From: Tubiluchus corallicola
Taxonomy: Eukaryota > Animalia > Priapulida
Assembly: GCA_030141605.1 (NCBI GenBank)
Contig: JAQGDQ010000611.1
Location: 64,503-128,502, forward strand
Length of the DNA stretch: 64,000 nt
Direction: 5' to 3'
The notes under the pieces were generated by a model that saw only the letters and a list, made by a program, of their open reading frames with translations, did no database searches and was not told the origin of the DNA. The translations under genes and the position numbers were made by a program. Of this stretch, positions 1 through 12,168 are shown piece by piece (within the stretch, counting starts at the first letter, position 1; the number at the start of each line of letters is the position of its first letter).

Positions 1-189
1 CTTTTATACAGCGTTACTACTAACGCAAGCTCTGTGCGCAGTAAGCTAGCACGGAATTGATACAAAATTTCAAGACAAATTTTTAAGCTTTATTTATAAA
101 AGGTACTCTTGCCCTTTAAAATAATGAAATGCCCTTTATATAAAATGTAAACCATTGATCTTACCGCTTGGAAATAATGAGAGGAAAAT

Positions 190-460
190 AGAATCCATTG
201 CCACGTCTTTTTTAACTGGCCAGGGGAATTTTAACAGCTTTTTGTATAGACTTAATATGTGTGGTACTAGTTTATGTTCATGTGGAGAAGAAGAGCAAAC
301 TCCTTAGCACATTTTATTCAGACGCAATAAAGTAGATAACACTAAAAGAATGCAAAGAATGCGTTTCATAGAAATAGCTGATGCAATTATGCACGTAATA
401 TTATGCTTCAATGTGATTAAAATTTAATAATGTCTTTTACTAACCTGGCCAATGATTGTT
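190..460 (+). mobile_element. Non-LTR retrotransposon C-terminal zinc-knuckle remnant (R1/I-like)
   Basis: Frame reads LTGQGNFNSFLYRLNMCGTSLCSCGEEEQTP*HILF, matching LTGHG.F..YL.R.....C.CG..E.T..H.L. Confidence 0.65.
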
Positions 461-1989
461 TTATACTACATAATTGTTAATTTAGGCCCGCTCGAGTATG
501 CAAAAATAAATTACTTAAGTGTATAAAGTTAATTCACGTGTATAATAATTGTAAATCATTTGAAATTATATTTAATCTAGGCATTATATGTTATCTGTTG
601 TACATAGCGCGAAACTGGAAATATTTAAAAGATTGTTATATGAAAATGTAAATTGTTGATCTGAGCTTGTAAAAAGAGGCACCTTTTTGTAGACGTGCTC
701 CTTTTTGGATAAAGATTTATCACCATAAAAAATTATATAATTGCCTTTCAACTAAGCTAGTAACAAGAATTGCCATTAGAGTAACTGGAAATAGAATTCA
801 CTTGTTTCAAACGTAAAATTTGCACAACATTGTAATGTTAAAATAGGTAAAAGAGTCTTTATCAAAATCAATATTGTTATTCAGTTTTATGATTATACAG
901 ATGAAAGGGTGGTGCATAAAAAAGACCCAAATATTCACTGTTCACCCAAGTCACCTTCTCTTACCGACAGAGATCGGCAAGTGAACCTCTCTAGTAGAAC
1001 ATGTGACCAACTGACCATATATTGGAAGCCCAGCAGGGTCAGGTGACTGGGCAACACAGAAAAAGGCAACAACCGGGATTAAAATTGGGTCAGGTGATAA
1101 TAATAAACAAATTGAAATGTAGTTGGCAGCACACGTACAATAATCTTGTAGTAGTAGTTCAGAAGCTTTGATTATATGAATCTCAAGTGAAAATTCTCGA
1201 CAAAAAATAACTAATTAAGTTAAATAATCATTTTAGTGGGCAAACTAAAATCAGAAGTATAAAGGCCTATTTTCAATTTTCAAATGCAAAGAGTTGACAG
1301 AAAATGAAGTGTAGCTAAATATTATATGCATTGCATATAGAATTGCATTGTATTTGTATTATATTTATATTATATACATGTATATAGTATAGTATATAAT
1401 ATAGTATACTATGTATAATATAGGTTAATGTAATAGTAAAATTGAACATAGTCTGCAAAGGAGTGACAGATTTCAAAACTGTTTAGCATTTTAAACAGAT
1501 TACAACACATTTTTCAAACTCAGCGCACTTACAGCATTTGTGAAAAAGTGTACATCTGCCCGCTTCGCAACAAGCAAACTCAGACTAAAAACTGCAACCC
1601 TTAATTTGATGCCATTATTATTATAAAATTCTGTTCGAAAGACTATGAGTAACAAGGTGTACTAGATTTTCATCCAGAAACGCATTATTTTGGCAACAAT
1701 CTGAACTGGGTACTATATTTCGCTAACCATAAAACTGTTATCATAATCTGCAGCATATCGTAAACGTAGCCAAACAGTTGCTAAACAGTTAATAATATTA
1801 TACTGAGAGATAATTAACTATATCTAAGAACAGTGCACACTTAATTATGCATAGGTCTATAGGCCTGTTTTCCTCGTTCAGCATTTACAGTCAAATATTG
1901 TAATTATAGCTTGAAGTGTTGCTGGGTAGGTGTCGTATAATTGGAGCTCGTCGCAAGGAAGACACAGAAAAGTAGAAAGAGAAAATATA

Positions 1990-2178
1990 GAGAGGAGACA
2001 GACAGAGATAGATAGATGGATGGATGGATGGATGGATGGATGGATGGATGGATGGATGGATGGATGGATTGATGGATGGATGGATGGATGGATGGATGGA
2101 TGGATGGATGGATGGATGGATGGATGGATGGATGGATTGATGGATGGATGGATGGATGAATGGGTGGATGGATGGATG

Positions 2179-2212
<34 letters not shown>

Positions 2213-2235
2213 TAGACAGAGACAGAAAGAGAGAA

Positions 2236-2268
<33 letters not shown>

Positions 2269-2273
2269 GACAT

Positions 2274-2330
<57 letters not shown>

Positions 2331-2344
2331 AAGAGAGAGAGAGT

Positions 2345-2402
<58 letters not shown>
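1990..2402. repeat. Compound microsatellite (GATG)n(GACA)n(GA)n
   Basis: Seen directly. Confidence 0.98.
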
Positions 2403-2404
<2 letters not shown>

Positions 2405-2894
2405 TGTGAGAGACAGAACGAAGGCAGAGAGGATGGGAAGGAAAGGGAATGGAAGGAAAAGAAAAGAAGAGAAGAGACAGACATAGAGAAAGTGAGAGAG
2501 AAAAGGCAGGCAGACAGGCAAGCAAACGCACATGGTGAGGTTAATCGTGCATTAAAAATCGATAAAATTAATTATAGCCAAGACAATTGAGGTAAAAACA
2601 TCTAAATTACTGTAGACGTATGTCTGAAGATCTGATCAGAAAACCCCGCTATACAGTATGATATTGATTCAATCGCGTTTATCATATTTGCACAAATTAT
2701 AATTTGGTCAAACAACTGTACATGTATTTTCTTTGAAAATAACTACTGATCACCAACAAAAACAATGACTTTATGCCACTGTTGAGTAAAAATTATTATG
2801 AGGTGTTTTCAAATAAAACGTTGAGTATTTAATTTGGAAATTAACTTCCGGTTTTGCTGCTGTTTCTTGCGTGTTTTGCAGTGTAAGGAAAACT

Positions 2895-3353
2895 AATGAA
2901 TGAATTAGTGAACGAACGAACGAACGAATTACTAATCGAATGTGTACTTCCGGAAAAAAATGGGGAAATTATGAATGAATACATTAAAGTGAATGAATGA
3001 ATGAATGAATGAATGAATGAATGAATGAATGAATGAACGAATGAACGAACGAACGAAAAAACGAACAGACGAGCTAATGAGTGAATAAATGAACGAATAA
3101 ATGAAAGAACAAATGTACAAATGGATGGATGAATGGATGAATGAATGAATGAATGAATGAATGAATGAATGAATGAATGAATGAATGAACGAACGAACGA
3201 ACGAACGAACGAACGAACGAACGAACGAACGAACGAATGAATGAACGAACGAACGAACGAAAGAACGAACAGATGAGCTAATACGTGAATGAATGAACGA
3301 ATAAACGAAAGAACAAATGAATGAATTAATGAATAAATGAATGAATGAACGAA
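2895..3353. repeat. (GAAT)n/(GAAC)n microsatellite
   Basis: Seen directly. Confidence 0.95.
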
Positions 3354-3834
3354 TTTATATCTGCTGCAATTAATTGCAAAGTGTTGAATGACAAAGTCTG
3401 AAAGAGTTTTTGTTAAAAAATTATGCTACTTTTTATTTATACAAAAATTCGTTAGTTTTTCGTTAAACACCAGAAAAAAATTGAAAAATTACCTATTTTT
3501 TCTGTTTAATTGTTGTGGACAAGCATAAAACTTGAGAATTTTGTCTATAAAAAATGCCACCGCACCCATCCTTCACAACTCACAATTGAAATTCCATCAT
3601 GTAAAACTTGAACTGTGTCATTATTTTTGCCCCACCCTGTCTTATTTAAGAACCTGCGTATTTTCGCAACAACAAGAAACAAAAATAGTTAATTAAAATT
3701 TCCCTCATTTACAGAGAATCACATCAAGTTTGTGCAGAAATCAGTGGTAAAATTAACGAGCTCGTTTTATGTAATTAGCCGCGACTATTGCTGTTGAAAT
3801 TCAGCCAAAATTTGGAAAGTCAATTAGTAATTAT

Positions 3835-4198
3835 TGTGGAGATCGCTGGCATCTATTAGAATTACATAGAACATTGTAGAATGTTCCGTTAGAATGATCG
3901 TCTTACCGTGTAGAATGTTCTGGAACAAAACTTCTAGAAGCTTCTCGGGCGCGCTAAGGCGAAGCAGGCCGCTGAGACAGGGGCACACAGATTCACACAG
4001 ACGCCACCTACACATTCTCTTGTATACTTGTATTTTCAGATACACTCAAACGTTTTCCAGATTTTCACGTTTAGTGTAATCATTTCGCGTTCCTTCATAT
4101 TTTTGTGTTCTAGAATTCTCGCTTAATAAACGAGTTTAATTTGATGAAGTGTTTTCTGGTTTTCTCTACGAGCCTTCCGAGAGAAACAAAACACAACA
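3835..4198 (+). mobile_element. Possible solo LTR
   Basis: TGT...ACA ends, internal AATAAA near 4126, repeated tagaatgttc motifs; no TSD seen. Confidence 0.3.
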
Positions 4199-4599
4199 GC
4201 AATGTTACCTAAGAGCAGCAAGCAGGGAAGTCTTTCACCAGAAATAAACAGAAAAATAGATTTTTTTCCAACTCGAGTTGCCTATTTCAAATGAGTTGAA
4301 AATGAATAAAAAATTTGAACTACTACGTGTTGCGATTTCATTCTAATGGGTTGCTAAGGTAATCAAACAATGCGAATTCAACAAAATTAAAATTATGGCA
4401 TTCTAAAAACATGGCGTCATTTTAAGGCCCAATTCTGTAACTATTATTCACAAGGTCTTCAGCAGGTGAGAAATAATTTTGTCAACTAATTTTTTGGTCA
4501 TTTTGGTCATTTTTTGGCCACTTCCTCTGGATATCTGTTTCTTTTTGTTTCTCCTTCCGTTGCTCTGTCTGTTGTAGACATTGACCCTCTGTCCTTTAT

Positions 4600-4949
4600 T
4601 AAACACCTCACAGTTTCCCGTCTGTGCCTAGAATTTTCAACTCCTCTGACGTAATTGTTAAGTTTGGTCCCAGCTGTTGTAAATCTTTATCAATTCTTGA
4701 TATCCAAGCTGCTTTTGGTTTGCCTGGGGGTCGTTTAACAGGTTTCAGTGCCTCGTTAAATTCTAATCTTAATAGTGCTGCTTTGGAAATCTCATTAAAT
4801 GTCCTTCCTACCCATCTTAACCTTCCGATTCTCGTTTGGTGCTCCAAAGATGCTCTTTGATTCTGTTACACAGCCGCTCCTTTGACAAAGATATACGGCT
4901 ATTTTATTTTCAGCATTTTTAGTAGACTTTTGTGACACCATCTATTTCT
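4600..4949 (-). mobile_element. Degenerate RTE-like LINE, 3' part
   Basis: RLRWVGR...EALKPVKRPPGKPKAAWISRIDKDL; continues from the 6110-6500 segment across an insertion. Confidence 0.75.
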
Positions 4950-4961
4950 CCATGTTCATTG

Positions 4962-5002
4962 AGCGACGATCGTTTCGGCTACTATAGCCGTTATCAAACT
5001 AT
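4962..5002 (-). ncRNA. Minimal hammerhead ribozyme motif (U3-A8 variant)
   Basis: AGU-UUGAUAA-CGGCUA-UAG-UAGCCG-AAAC-GAUC-GUC-GCU: intact stem II, GAAA core, palindromic loop III, GUC cleavage triplet. Confidence 0.65.
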
Positions 5003-5533
5003 AAATCAAGCCAAAAAGACGAACAAATAACACGTTAGTCATACAACGACACAAACTGAAGCTGCAAAACAACATTAGAATTTAATAAGTTATCGAATTA
5101 AACGAGGTTGTAACGGAAGAAATTGCAAAAAAACTATCTAACGTGAGAGCTAGAAAAGAACACAACAGGCAAAGAGTTAGTCAGGTTTACATGGACAACC
5201 ACAGCAGTAAGCGTTATAAGAATAAAACACAACTTCTACATTTTGCACAATTTACAACAAGTGGGAACTACAATAAGGAAACCAGCAGCATGTCAATGTG
5301 AAAGTAACATAGAGACTAAATCCACCAGGACCACTACAGAGCCTGTCTAACATGTGCAAACAAATTTCAAAACACAGAAATAGGTAGAGTGGGAAAAGGT
5401 ACCACCTACAACAGTTGCGTATTAAGAATTGGGTGGTGCTTCATAAATTATGAATTAACACTATGTGTTGTAGTTTTAGTTTGTGCTTTTGTATCATTAA
5501 TGTATTATTTATTCTTCTTTTTAGCTTGATTTA

Positions 5534-5574
5534 TAGTTTGATAATGGCTACAGTAGCGGAAACGAACGTCACTA
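5534..5574 (+). ncRNA. Second, more decayed hammerhead motif
   Basis: UAGU-UUGAUAA-UGGCUA-CAG-UAGCG-GAAAC-GAAC-GUC-ACUA; stem I UAGU/ACUA. Confidence 0.55.
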
Positions 5575-5612
5575 CGTGATTACTAGAAGCTGGTTCTTCC
5601 ATGTATTTAACA

Positions 5613-6103
5613 CGGTGGTTCCTAAACTGCGGGTCATGAGCTCCAAAAGCTTTTTTGGCGGGCCATGAGCCTTTTGGGATTGGGGGCTCGTATGTACATT
5701 CAGCCGCTGGCTCGAATGCATGCGCGGACTGCTAGTCAGTCATTGTTGTTTATCGTTTCATACGAAGCCTCTCGCTGTTTTTAAAACAGGTATAATGGCA
5801 TATCCCTCAGCGCTAATAGAAGTTACACGCAAATGACAAGATAGTGTCTGATAATGTATAAACATGTGCAAATTTCAACTTTATCCCAGTGAACTAGGCC
5901 TACATGTTTGAAAGTGTTTGGTGTTTTGTACCCATTTTTACCCGTCTCCTGTAAATAACCCTATTTAGATTTAGCGTAAGTTGCCTTAAGTACGTTTTCA
6001 TAAGGCTTATGAAGGTGGGGGGTCATGGTAGGTTGGGTACTACCGAAAGGGGTCACGTACTGGTAAAGTTTTGGTAAACACTGGAAAAGTTTGGGAAACT
6101 CAG
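5613..6103. mobile_element. hAT-like MITE
   Basis: Ends cggtggttcctaaac / gtttgggaaactcag, near-identical 8-bp flanks atttaaca/gtttaaca. Confidence 0.6.
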
Positions 6104-6109
6104 GTTTAA

Positions 6110-6500
6110 CATCTATTTCTGTTTTCTACGTGGAAGCCAAGTCACAGATTTCACTGTTGTAGATGAAGATACTAGGATACATAACACTGAAGAATTGTAG
6201 CATTGTTTTGAGATATAGTTTCTTGCTGGTTAGAATTGATTTATTCTGGATAAAACCCTACATTGTCAACTGTTTCCTATTCTTACGTATTTACTACAAT
6301 ACATCTCGGCAGATTTCCATGCTGCCATCAAACAGACGCCATATTTGTAATGGTTGACGTCATTCCCGTTTGAATTTAATGCAATTTTGAAATTAATTAC
6401 ATGTATTTCTAAATGCTCTGCTAACTCTCCTTGGGTCTTTTTGCTGTTATTTGGGTCTAGTCCATAAAGTCCTTATACTTTTCATGGTCTTTCATTTAGT
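6110..6500 (-). mobile_element. Degenerate RTE-like LINE, upstream part
   Basis: Decayed frames ..NRKQL.. and PSIFIYNSEI..(EID) typical of the RTE RT C-terminal region; rejoins 4949 at the duplicated CATCTATTTCT. Confidence 0.55.
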
Positions 6501-7614
6501 CAATTTAAAATTAATTATTTTCAAATAAGATCTCTCAAGGGTTGGTCCTGGGTCCAGTCTTACTTCTATTTTACGTTGGTTTGAAAGTGAAATTAGCACT
6601 TAAATATGAAAATTTGCAAAAGGATACAAAAGGAAAATTTACAATTTTACTTTCCTAGAAAATTCTGCTAATTTCTGCTTTAATAAATGCAAATATTTGT
6701 GAAGTTTTGCAAAACGTTTTTCACATTCAGTATTTTAAAACGCAAGTTTGCGTTCACTACAACATTTAACAATGCTGTTGTATAATTTGGAATAGGAATT
6801 CCAATCAGAAAGAATTGTAAATTGTGTTAGTTATACACCGGTCTTTACCCTCGGCTTATATTTTGATTTAAAAACGCTTCCATCTTTCTCTTGTCTTCAG
6901 AGTCGTGGGTTAGGCGATGCACGTCGGGGGTTGCGAATGCGCCTCATCAGTTGACTAGCCTAGTGTCTCTCTTCACCTAAATCCGGCCCTGAGTAGGCCT
7001 TTAAAATTTTTGTTTTCATACACATTCGCCAGTCTATAGCTTATATTAGTACGTACATTTGTGTTTGAGCTTATTTCTAGGCTAGGATAAGTTAGAAAGT
7101 ATTCAGGGCAAATTCCTTCTGCCTCTTTTGTGATGCATCATATGATTTGGACTCCCTGCTTGGCAGAGACTTTAGTTCTGCTAATAAATGGGTTACCTTT
7201 GCTGGCGACAAATTATGAATACGAGCCACTCTACTTTGCATTTAATTAACAATTTTAATGTTAATTTAATGATAGTGGTTGCCAGAATGTTTATAAACCA
7301 TAAACATGGGAGTACTGATCCCAGGTGTCGTGTTCAAATCCCCATTATTCCACAATTTTTGAGCATCTTCTTCCTTTCTCCAACTCATTACGCGCAATGG
7401 GTAATAATTGTTAAAAATAAACTGCAATGGTTTATAATCATAATTTAATTAATTAATGAGAAAGATATGTTTCACTTTACGCCAAATCTCAGAGGCAGCA
7501 CAGCTCTCCTCTTTGCCTCTTTTCTCGCTGTTTTCTGTCTCTTCTTTTTTCCTACCAGAAATGTTTTTTATTCTAGCTACTACGTATTGTTACTGAATAA
7601 GTAAATACAAAAAA

Positions 7615-8089
7615 AGTAAATACCAAAGATGGCTGCTCAGTCGCCCAGGGGGCTGTCGAACTCCGCTGCTGCCTCGGTCAGTTGAGAGCGACCACATGCC
7701 CTGAGCCGCCTGTGTGTAGAGTCTTCAAAGAAACGCTTCAAAGACAGCCTGAAGGCCACACTCAAGGAACTCAGCATGGATATCCGTTCAATAGAAACCC
7801 TTGCACAAGATCGCTCAGCGGAGTGCCATCACCACAGAAGCTAAGACAGCAGAGGCGAAAAGAATTGAGGAGGCAGAGGAGAAGCGCAGGAGAAGCAAGG
7901 CATGTGACACTGCCCAACAACAGTTCCAAATACCCAGCCTCACCTGTGCCAAATGTCAAAGAAGTTTCCAGGCCAGAATTGGCCTAGTCAGTCACCTTCG
8001 AGCTCATCAAAGGAATGACAACCCCCCAAACTGACCCTTTATCCCTGTCACTATGGTCATCTTCGATTCGAAGGTCGAACATCATCATC
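7615..8089 (+). mobile_element. Short RTE-derived retroelement (RTE 3' end with C2H2-like motif, (CAT)n tail, TSD)
   Basis: KRFKDSLKATLK...LAQDRS; LTCAKCQRSFQARIGLVSHLRAH; tail gaacatcatcatc; AAATACAAAAAA at 7603-7614 and 8090-8101. Confidence 0.85.
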
Positions 8090-8171
8090 AAATACAAAAA
8101 AGGATGAATATTTCTAAATCGTGGTGTTTCACGATGGCCGACCCGGCACAATGCTTATCGGAAGTAATACC

Positions 8172-8850
8172 TTAAAGGACAAAAAAGGGGGTACGTGAAC
8201 TAGGTTTCAGAAAAATTGCCTTAAAATTATATTACTTTATAGCAATTTTATGCGTGCATCGTGCTCGCGTTAAAAGGATTTTTAGTTTGTTTTCATTTTA
8301 AATTTCCCGCGACTCCGTTCCGACGGTGCCATTACATTACGTCACCTACGCACAACGTAAATCAAGGGAAGAAAGGTAAATGTTAAACTTTCCATGCAAA
8401 ATTATATTACTTAGCATATCACTTACCTACTTGAAAGACTTATGTAACTAGAAAAGAGAATTGTTAATTATTTAAAATGCTTTCACCAATTGGTAAAATG
8501 TCGCTGACTCACCCCCCAGGGTGCTCCACTCCCTAACTAAAACATTCTTAATCTTATTGACAAGATACGGTAACTTTAAATTTTATTTAGTTAGTCACGT
8601 GTGCGCTATGAATGTTCTGATTATTTTTTTCAAACTTTACACAATGTTATTTTAACTTGTTTCAAATGACTTATCGTCAAAATGGCTATGTCTAACAGTC
8701 ATCGCGGGAGTTTAAATTCACATGTTTTATACAGTGTTATTACCAAGGCAAGTCTATAATATGCAAAAAGGTAGTATGTAACTCGTATAAAATTTCAAGA
8801 CGAATTTTTTAAGCTGTATGTAAGTGGAAGGTTTTCTTGTGCTTTGGGGA
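8172..8850 (+). mobile_element. Dispersed repeat family C (TTAA-associated)
   Basis: Reverse-complement copy at ~27045-27774; fragments at 1-118, 24265-24520, 29084-29545, 44400-44600, 57980-58177. Confidence 0.65.
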
Positions 8851-9394
8851 CACATTTTTTAAAAATACAAAACCGAAACATACAAGATTGTTCCGGAAAA
8901 ATCAACAACCATAAAACATTAATTTTGTTGTAGGGACAACAGACTCGACTAAATGCCCTGACTACAGCCGGTGAGGGTATGAAGCGAGCATAATCATCAA
9001 AATATTTCAGGTGCTACTAATGTACTCATATCCAAATAAATTTGATAATTACTTTCATTTAACAAACATGTGCTAAAAATTATTAATATTTCGCTAAAAG
9101 CAGTAAAAGCTGTGGTGGTAAGACTGTTTGCATTGAATATTTATTATTAAACTAACTTTAATTATTTATAGTATTTATAGTGAAATCACTCGCCTTGAGT
9201 GTTTAATCTAGATAAAAGATCTTCGCCAAAGTCGCTAAACTTCACAGAAAATTTGAAGGTCGCTTAAAATATTCAGTTTCCCATAAATGTAACAGCAGGT
9301 ATGGCTAAACTGATAAAATACGAGCAATGGGACTTGTGAAGAACATCAGTAGTGAATGCTAGGATAGTCAAGCCATGATGTATCCTTTGATGTT

Positions 9395-10798
9395 AGTGAG
9401 TGAGTGAGTGAGTTAGCGAGTGAGTGAGTGAGTGAGTGAGTGAGTGAGTGGGTGGGTGAGTGAGTGAGTGAGTGAGTGAGTGAGTGAGTGAGTGAGTGAG
9501 TGAGTGAGAGAGTGAGTGAGTGAGTGAGTGAGTGAGTGAGTGAGTGAGTGAGTGAGTGAGTGAGTGAGTGAGTGGGTGAGTGAGTGAGTGAGTGAGTGAA
9601 TGAGTGAGTGAGTGAGTGAGTGAGTGAGTGAGTAAGTGAGAGAGTGAGTGAGTGAGTGAGTGAGTGAGTGAGTGAGTGAGTGAGTGAGTGAGTGAGTGAG
9701 TGAGTGAGTGAGTGAGTGAGTGAGTGAGTGAGTGAGTGAGTGAGTGAGTGAGTATGTAAGTAAGTAAGTAAGTAGGTAAGTAGGTAAGTGGGTAGACAAG
9801 TAATTAGGTAAGTAAGTAAATAAGTGAGTAAGTGAGGAGTGGGAAAGTGAGGAAGTGAGTAGGAGGATGAGGGAGGAGTGAGGAGGAGGAGTGAGTGAGT
9901 AGAGGGAGTGAGTGAGTGAGTGAGTAAGTGAGTGAGTGAGTGAGTGAGTGAGTGAGTGAGTGAGTGAGTGAGTGAGTGAGTGAGTGAGTGAGTGAGTGAG
10001 TGAGTGAGTGAGTGAGTGAGTGAGTGAGTATGTGGTAAATAGTAGTAAGTAATAAGATGGTGGAGGAGTGAGTGAGTGAGTGAGTGAGTGAGTGAGTGAG
10101 TGAGTGAGTGAGTGAGTGAGTGAGTGAGTGAGTGAGTGAGTGAGTGAGTGAGTGAGAGAGTGAGTGAGTAAGTGAGTGAGTGAGTGAGTGAGCGAGTAAG
10201 TGAGTGAGTGAGTGAGTGAGTGAGTGAGTGAGTGAGTGAGTGAGTGAGTGAGTGAGTGAGTGAGTGAGTGAGTGAGTGAGTGAGTGAGTGAGTGAGTGAG
10301 TGAGTGAGTGAGTGAGTGAGTGAGTGAGTGAGTGAGTGAGTATGTAAGTACGTAAGTAAGTAAGTAGGTAAATAAGTAGATAAGTAATTAGGTAAGTAAG
10401 TAAATAAGTGAGTGAGTGAGTGAGTGAGTGAGTGAGTGAGTGAGTGAGTGAGTGAGTGAGTGAGTGAGTGAGTGAGTGAGTGAGTGAGTGAATGAGTGAG
10501 TGAGTGAGTGAGTGAGTGAGTGAGTGAATGAGTGAGTGAGTGAGTAAATGAGTGAGTGAGTGAGTGAATGAGTGAGTGAGTGAGTGAGTGAGTGAGTGAA
10601 TGAGTGAGTGAGTGAGTAAATGAGTGAGTGAGTGAGTGAATGAGTAAGTGAGTGAGTGAGTGAGTGAGTGAGTGAGTGAGTGAGTGAGTGAGTGAGTGAG
10701 TGAGTGAGTGAGTGAGTGAGTGAGTGAGTGAGTGAGTGAGTGAGTGAGTGAGTGAGTGAGTGAGTGAGTGAGTGAGTATGTAAGTACGTAAGTAAGTA
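9395..10798. repeat. 1.4-kb (GAGT)n/(AAGT)n array
   Basis: Seen directly. Confidence 0.98.
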
Positions 10799-11441
10799 AC
10801 ACGTCAATGGACTTAAGTGTGGGAAACGGAAAAGGAAACGGAAACACATAGAAGCAGCTTTGGAGAAAATGTAGAAAGCTAATGATCACGTCTTCCTCCT
10901 CCCTCCTCCGTACTGTTACTCATATCATGATATGAACCACAGTATTTACGATAACGTACACGTGTTGTTTCACTGTGAAATAAACAAATTTAATTCAATT
11001 CTTTAATTAATAAAGAATCATAAAAACAATAAATTTACGTATTTATTTTAATTTTCTGATAAATCAAAGGTAACAAATGATGTTTCTCTTCCTGCTCTTT
11101 GCTGAATTTGAAAACTCTAAAAATTAACGATACACATAATATAACACCACTCTTTATAAACTTTCCCCAATATGGCTATTTTGGTCACGTGTCACGGGGT
11201 GCCTTGTTTACGATATCGCTGTTCTAAGAGGTGCTACAAGAGATATCACCTCTATAAGAGGTGCCGCTCGGTTATTTAACACTGTATTTGCTGATCAAAG
11301 CGCATTTATCACAAATCTTTCAGACTAAAACGTTTTGTTTCACATCATTAAAAAGTTAGAAATCAGGTTAGTAGAAACATCATATTTGAAAACTTACAAA
11401 CGCCGAACAGTCGAATAAAGAATGAAATTTTCCAATTATCT

Positions 11442-12168
11442 TTAAAGAAAGACAGGATGATTTTTCATATAGTACAACATTTTCCAGTCTGATAAAAAGT
11501 ATACATTTTAACACAATTAATGCTGCAAAAGCGTTTCTGATAATTAAATTATAGATTAAAAACATAATTCACGTCGGTGGAGCCCAACTATTTGTGACAT
11601 CACAAGCTAACATTTTTCAACAGCAAAAATATTCCACGTTGTTGCACCGGTTTGCGAAAGAGTAACAGTGCTACTGTAAGAGATTCACTGTGTTGTACTA
11701 AAATAAGTCAAGTTTTAAGATAAAAATTCAAATTTCAAATTTACCGCTGTGCTCATACATGAGCAGTTGAATGTGCGTAGTTCGTCACAACCTAAAACAT
11801 CTGAACTGAGAGGTACAACACCTTTGTGTTTCCGAAATGCAGGCGCAAGTGCCCGTCTAACTATCGAATGGCGAAATGCATGTAACAGTGAAATTACTGT
11901 TTGAAATTTAAAATTGAACTTTGAATTTTTATCTTGAAACTTACCTAGTTTTGCTAAAACACATTGAATACCTTTTGTAACACTGTACTTGAATTTTTGC
12001 TTTCACAAACACCGCGTAACACGCTCGTGGAATATTTTTGGTGTTGAAAATTATGTTAGTTTGTGACGTCATCAATAGTTGGGCTCGCCCGCCGTTAATT
12101 AAGTTTTTAATCTATTATTTAATTATCAGAAACGCTTTTGCAGTATTAATTGTGTTAAAATGTATACT
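11442..12168. mobile_element. Two head-to-head partial family A copies (fold-back)
   Basis: 11490-11745 is the reverse complement of ~11900-12168. Confidence 0.65.

Larger units (their letters stand above)
4950..5600 (-). mobile_element. Penelope-like element remnant with inverted pseudo-LTRs
   Basis: Inverted ~90-bp repeats at 4955-5035 and 5500-5580; GIY-YIG-like C-terminus KHHPILNTQLL* at ~5445-5408 (-); 11-bp duplication 4939-4949/6110-6120. Confidence 0.65.

Noticed and set aside
1878-2533. Long ORFs over (GATG)/(GA)n
   Set aside because: Microsatellite translation artefacts
9379-9388. GTATCCTTT as a second U12 donor
   Set aside because: No convincing open exon upstream and no matching U12 branch or acceptor found
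9413-10889. LTHS-repeat ORFs
   Set aside because: (GAGT)n translation artefacts
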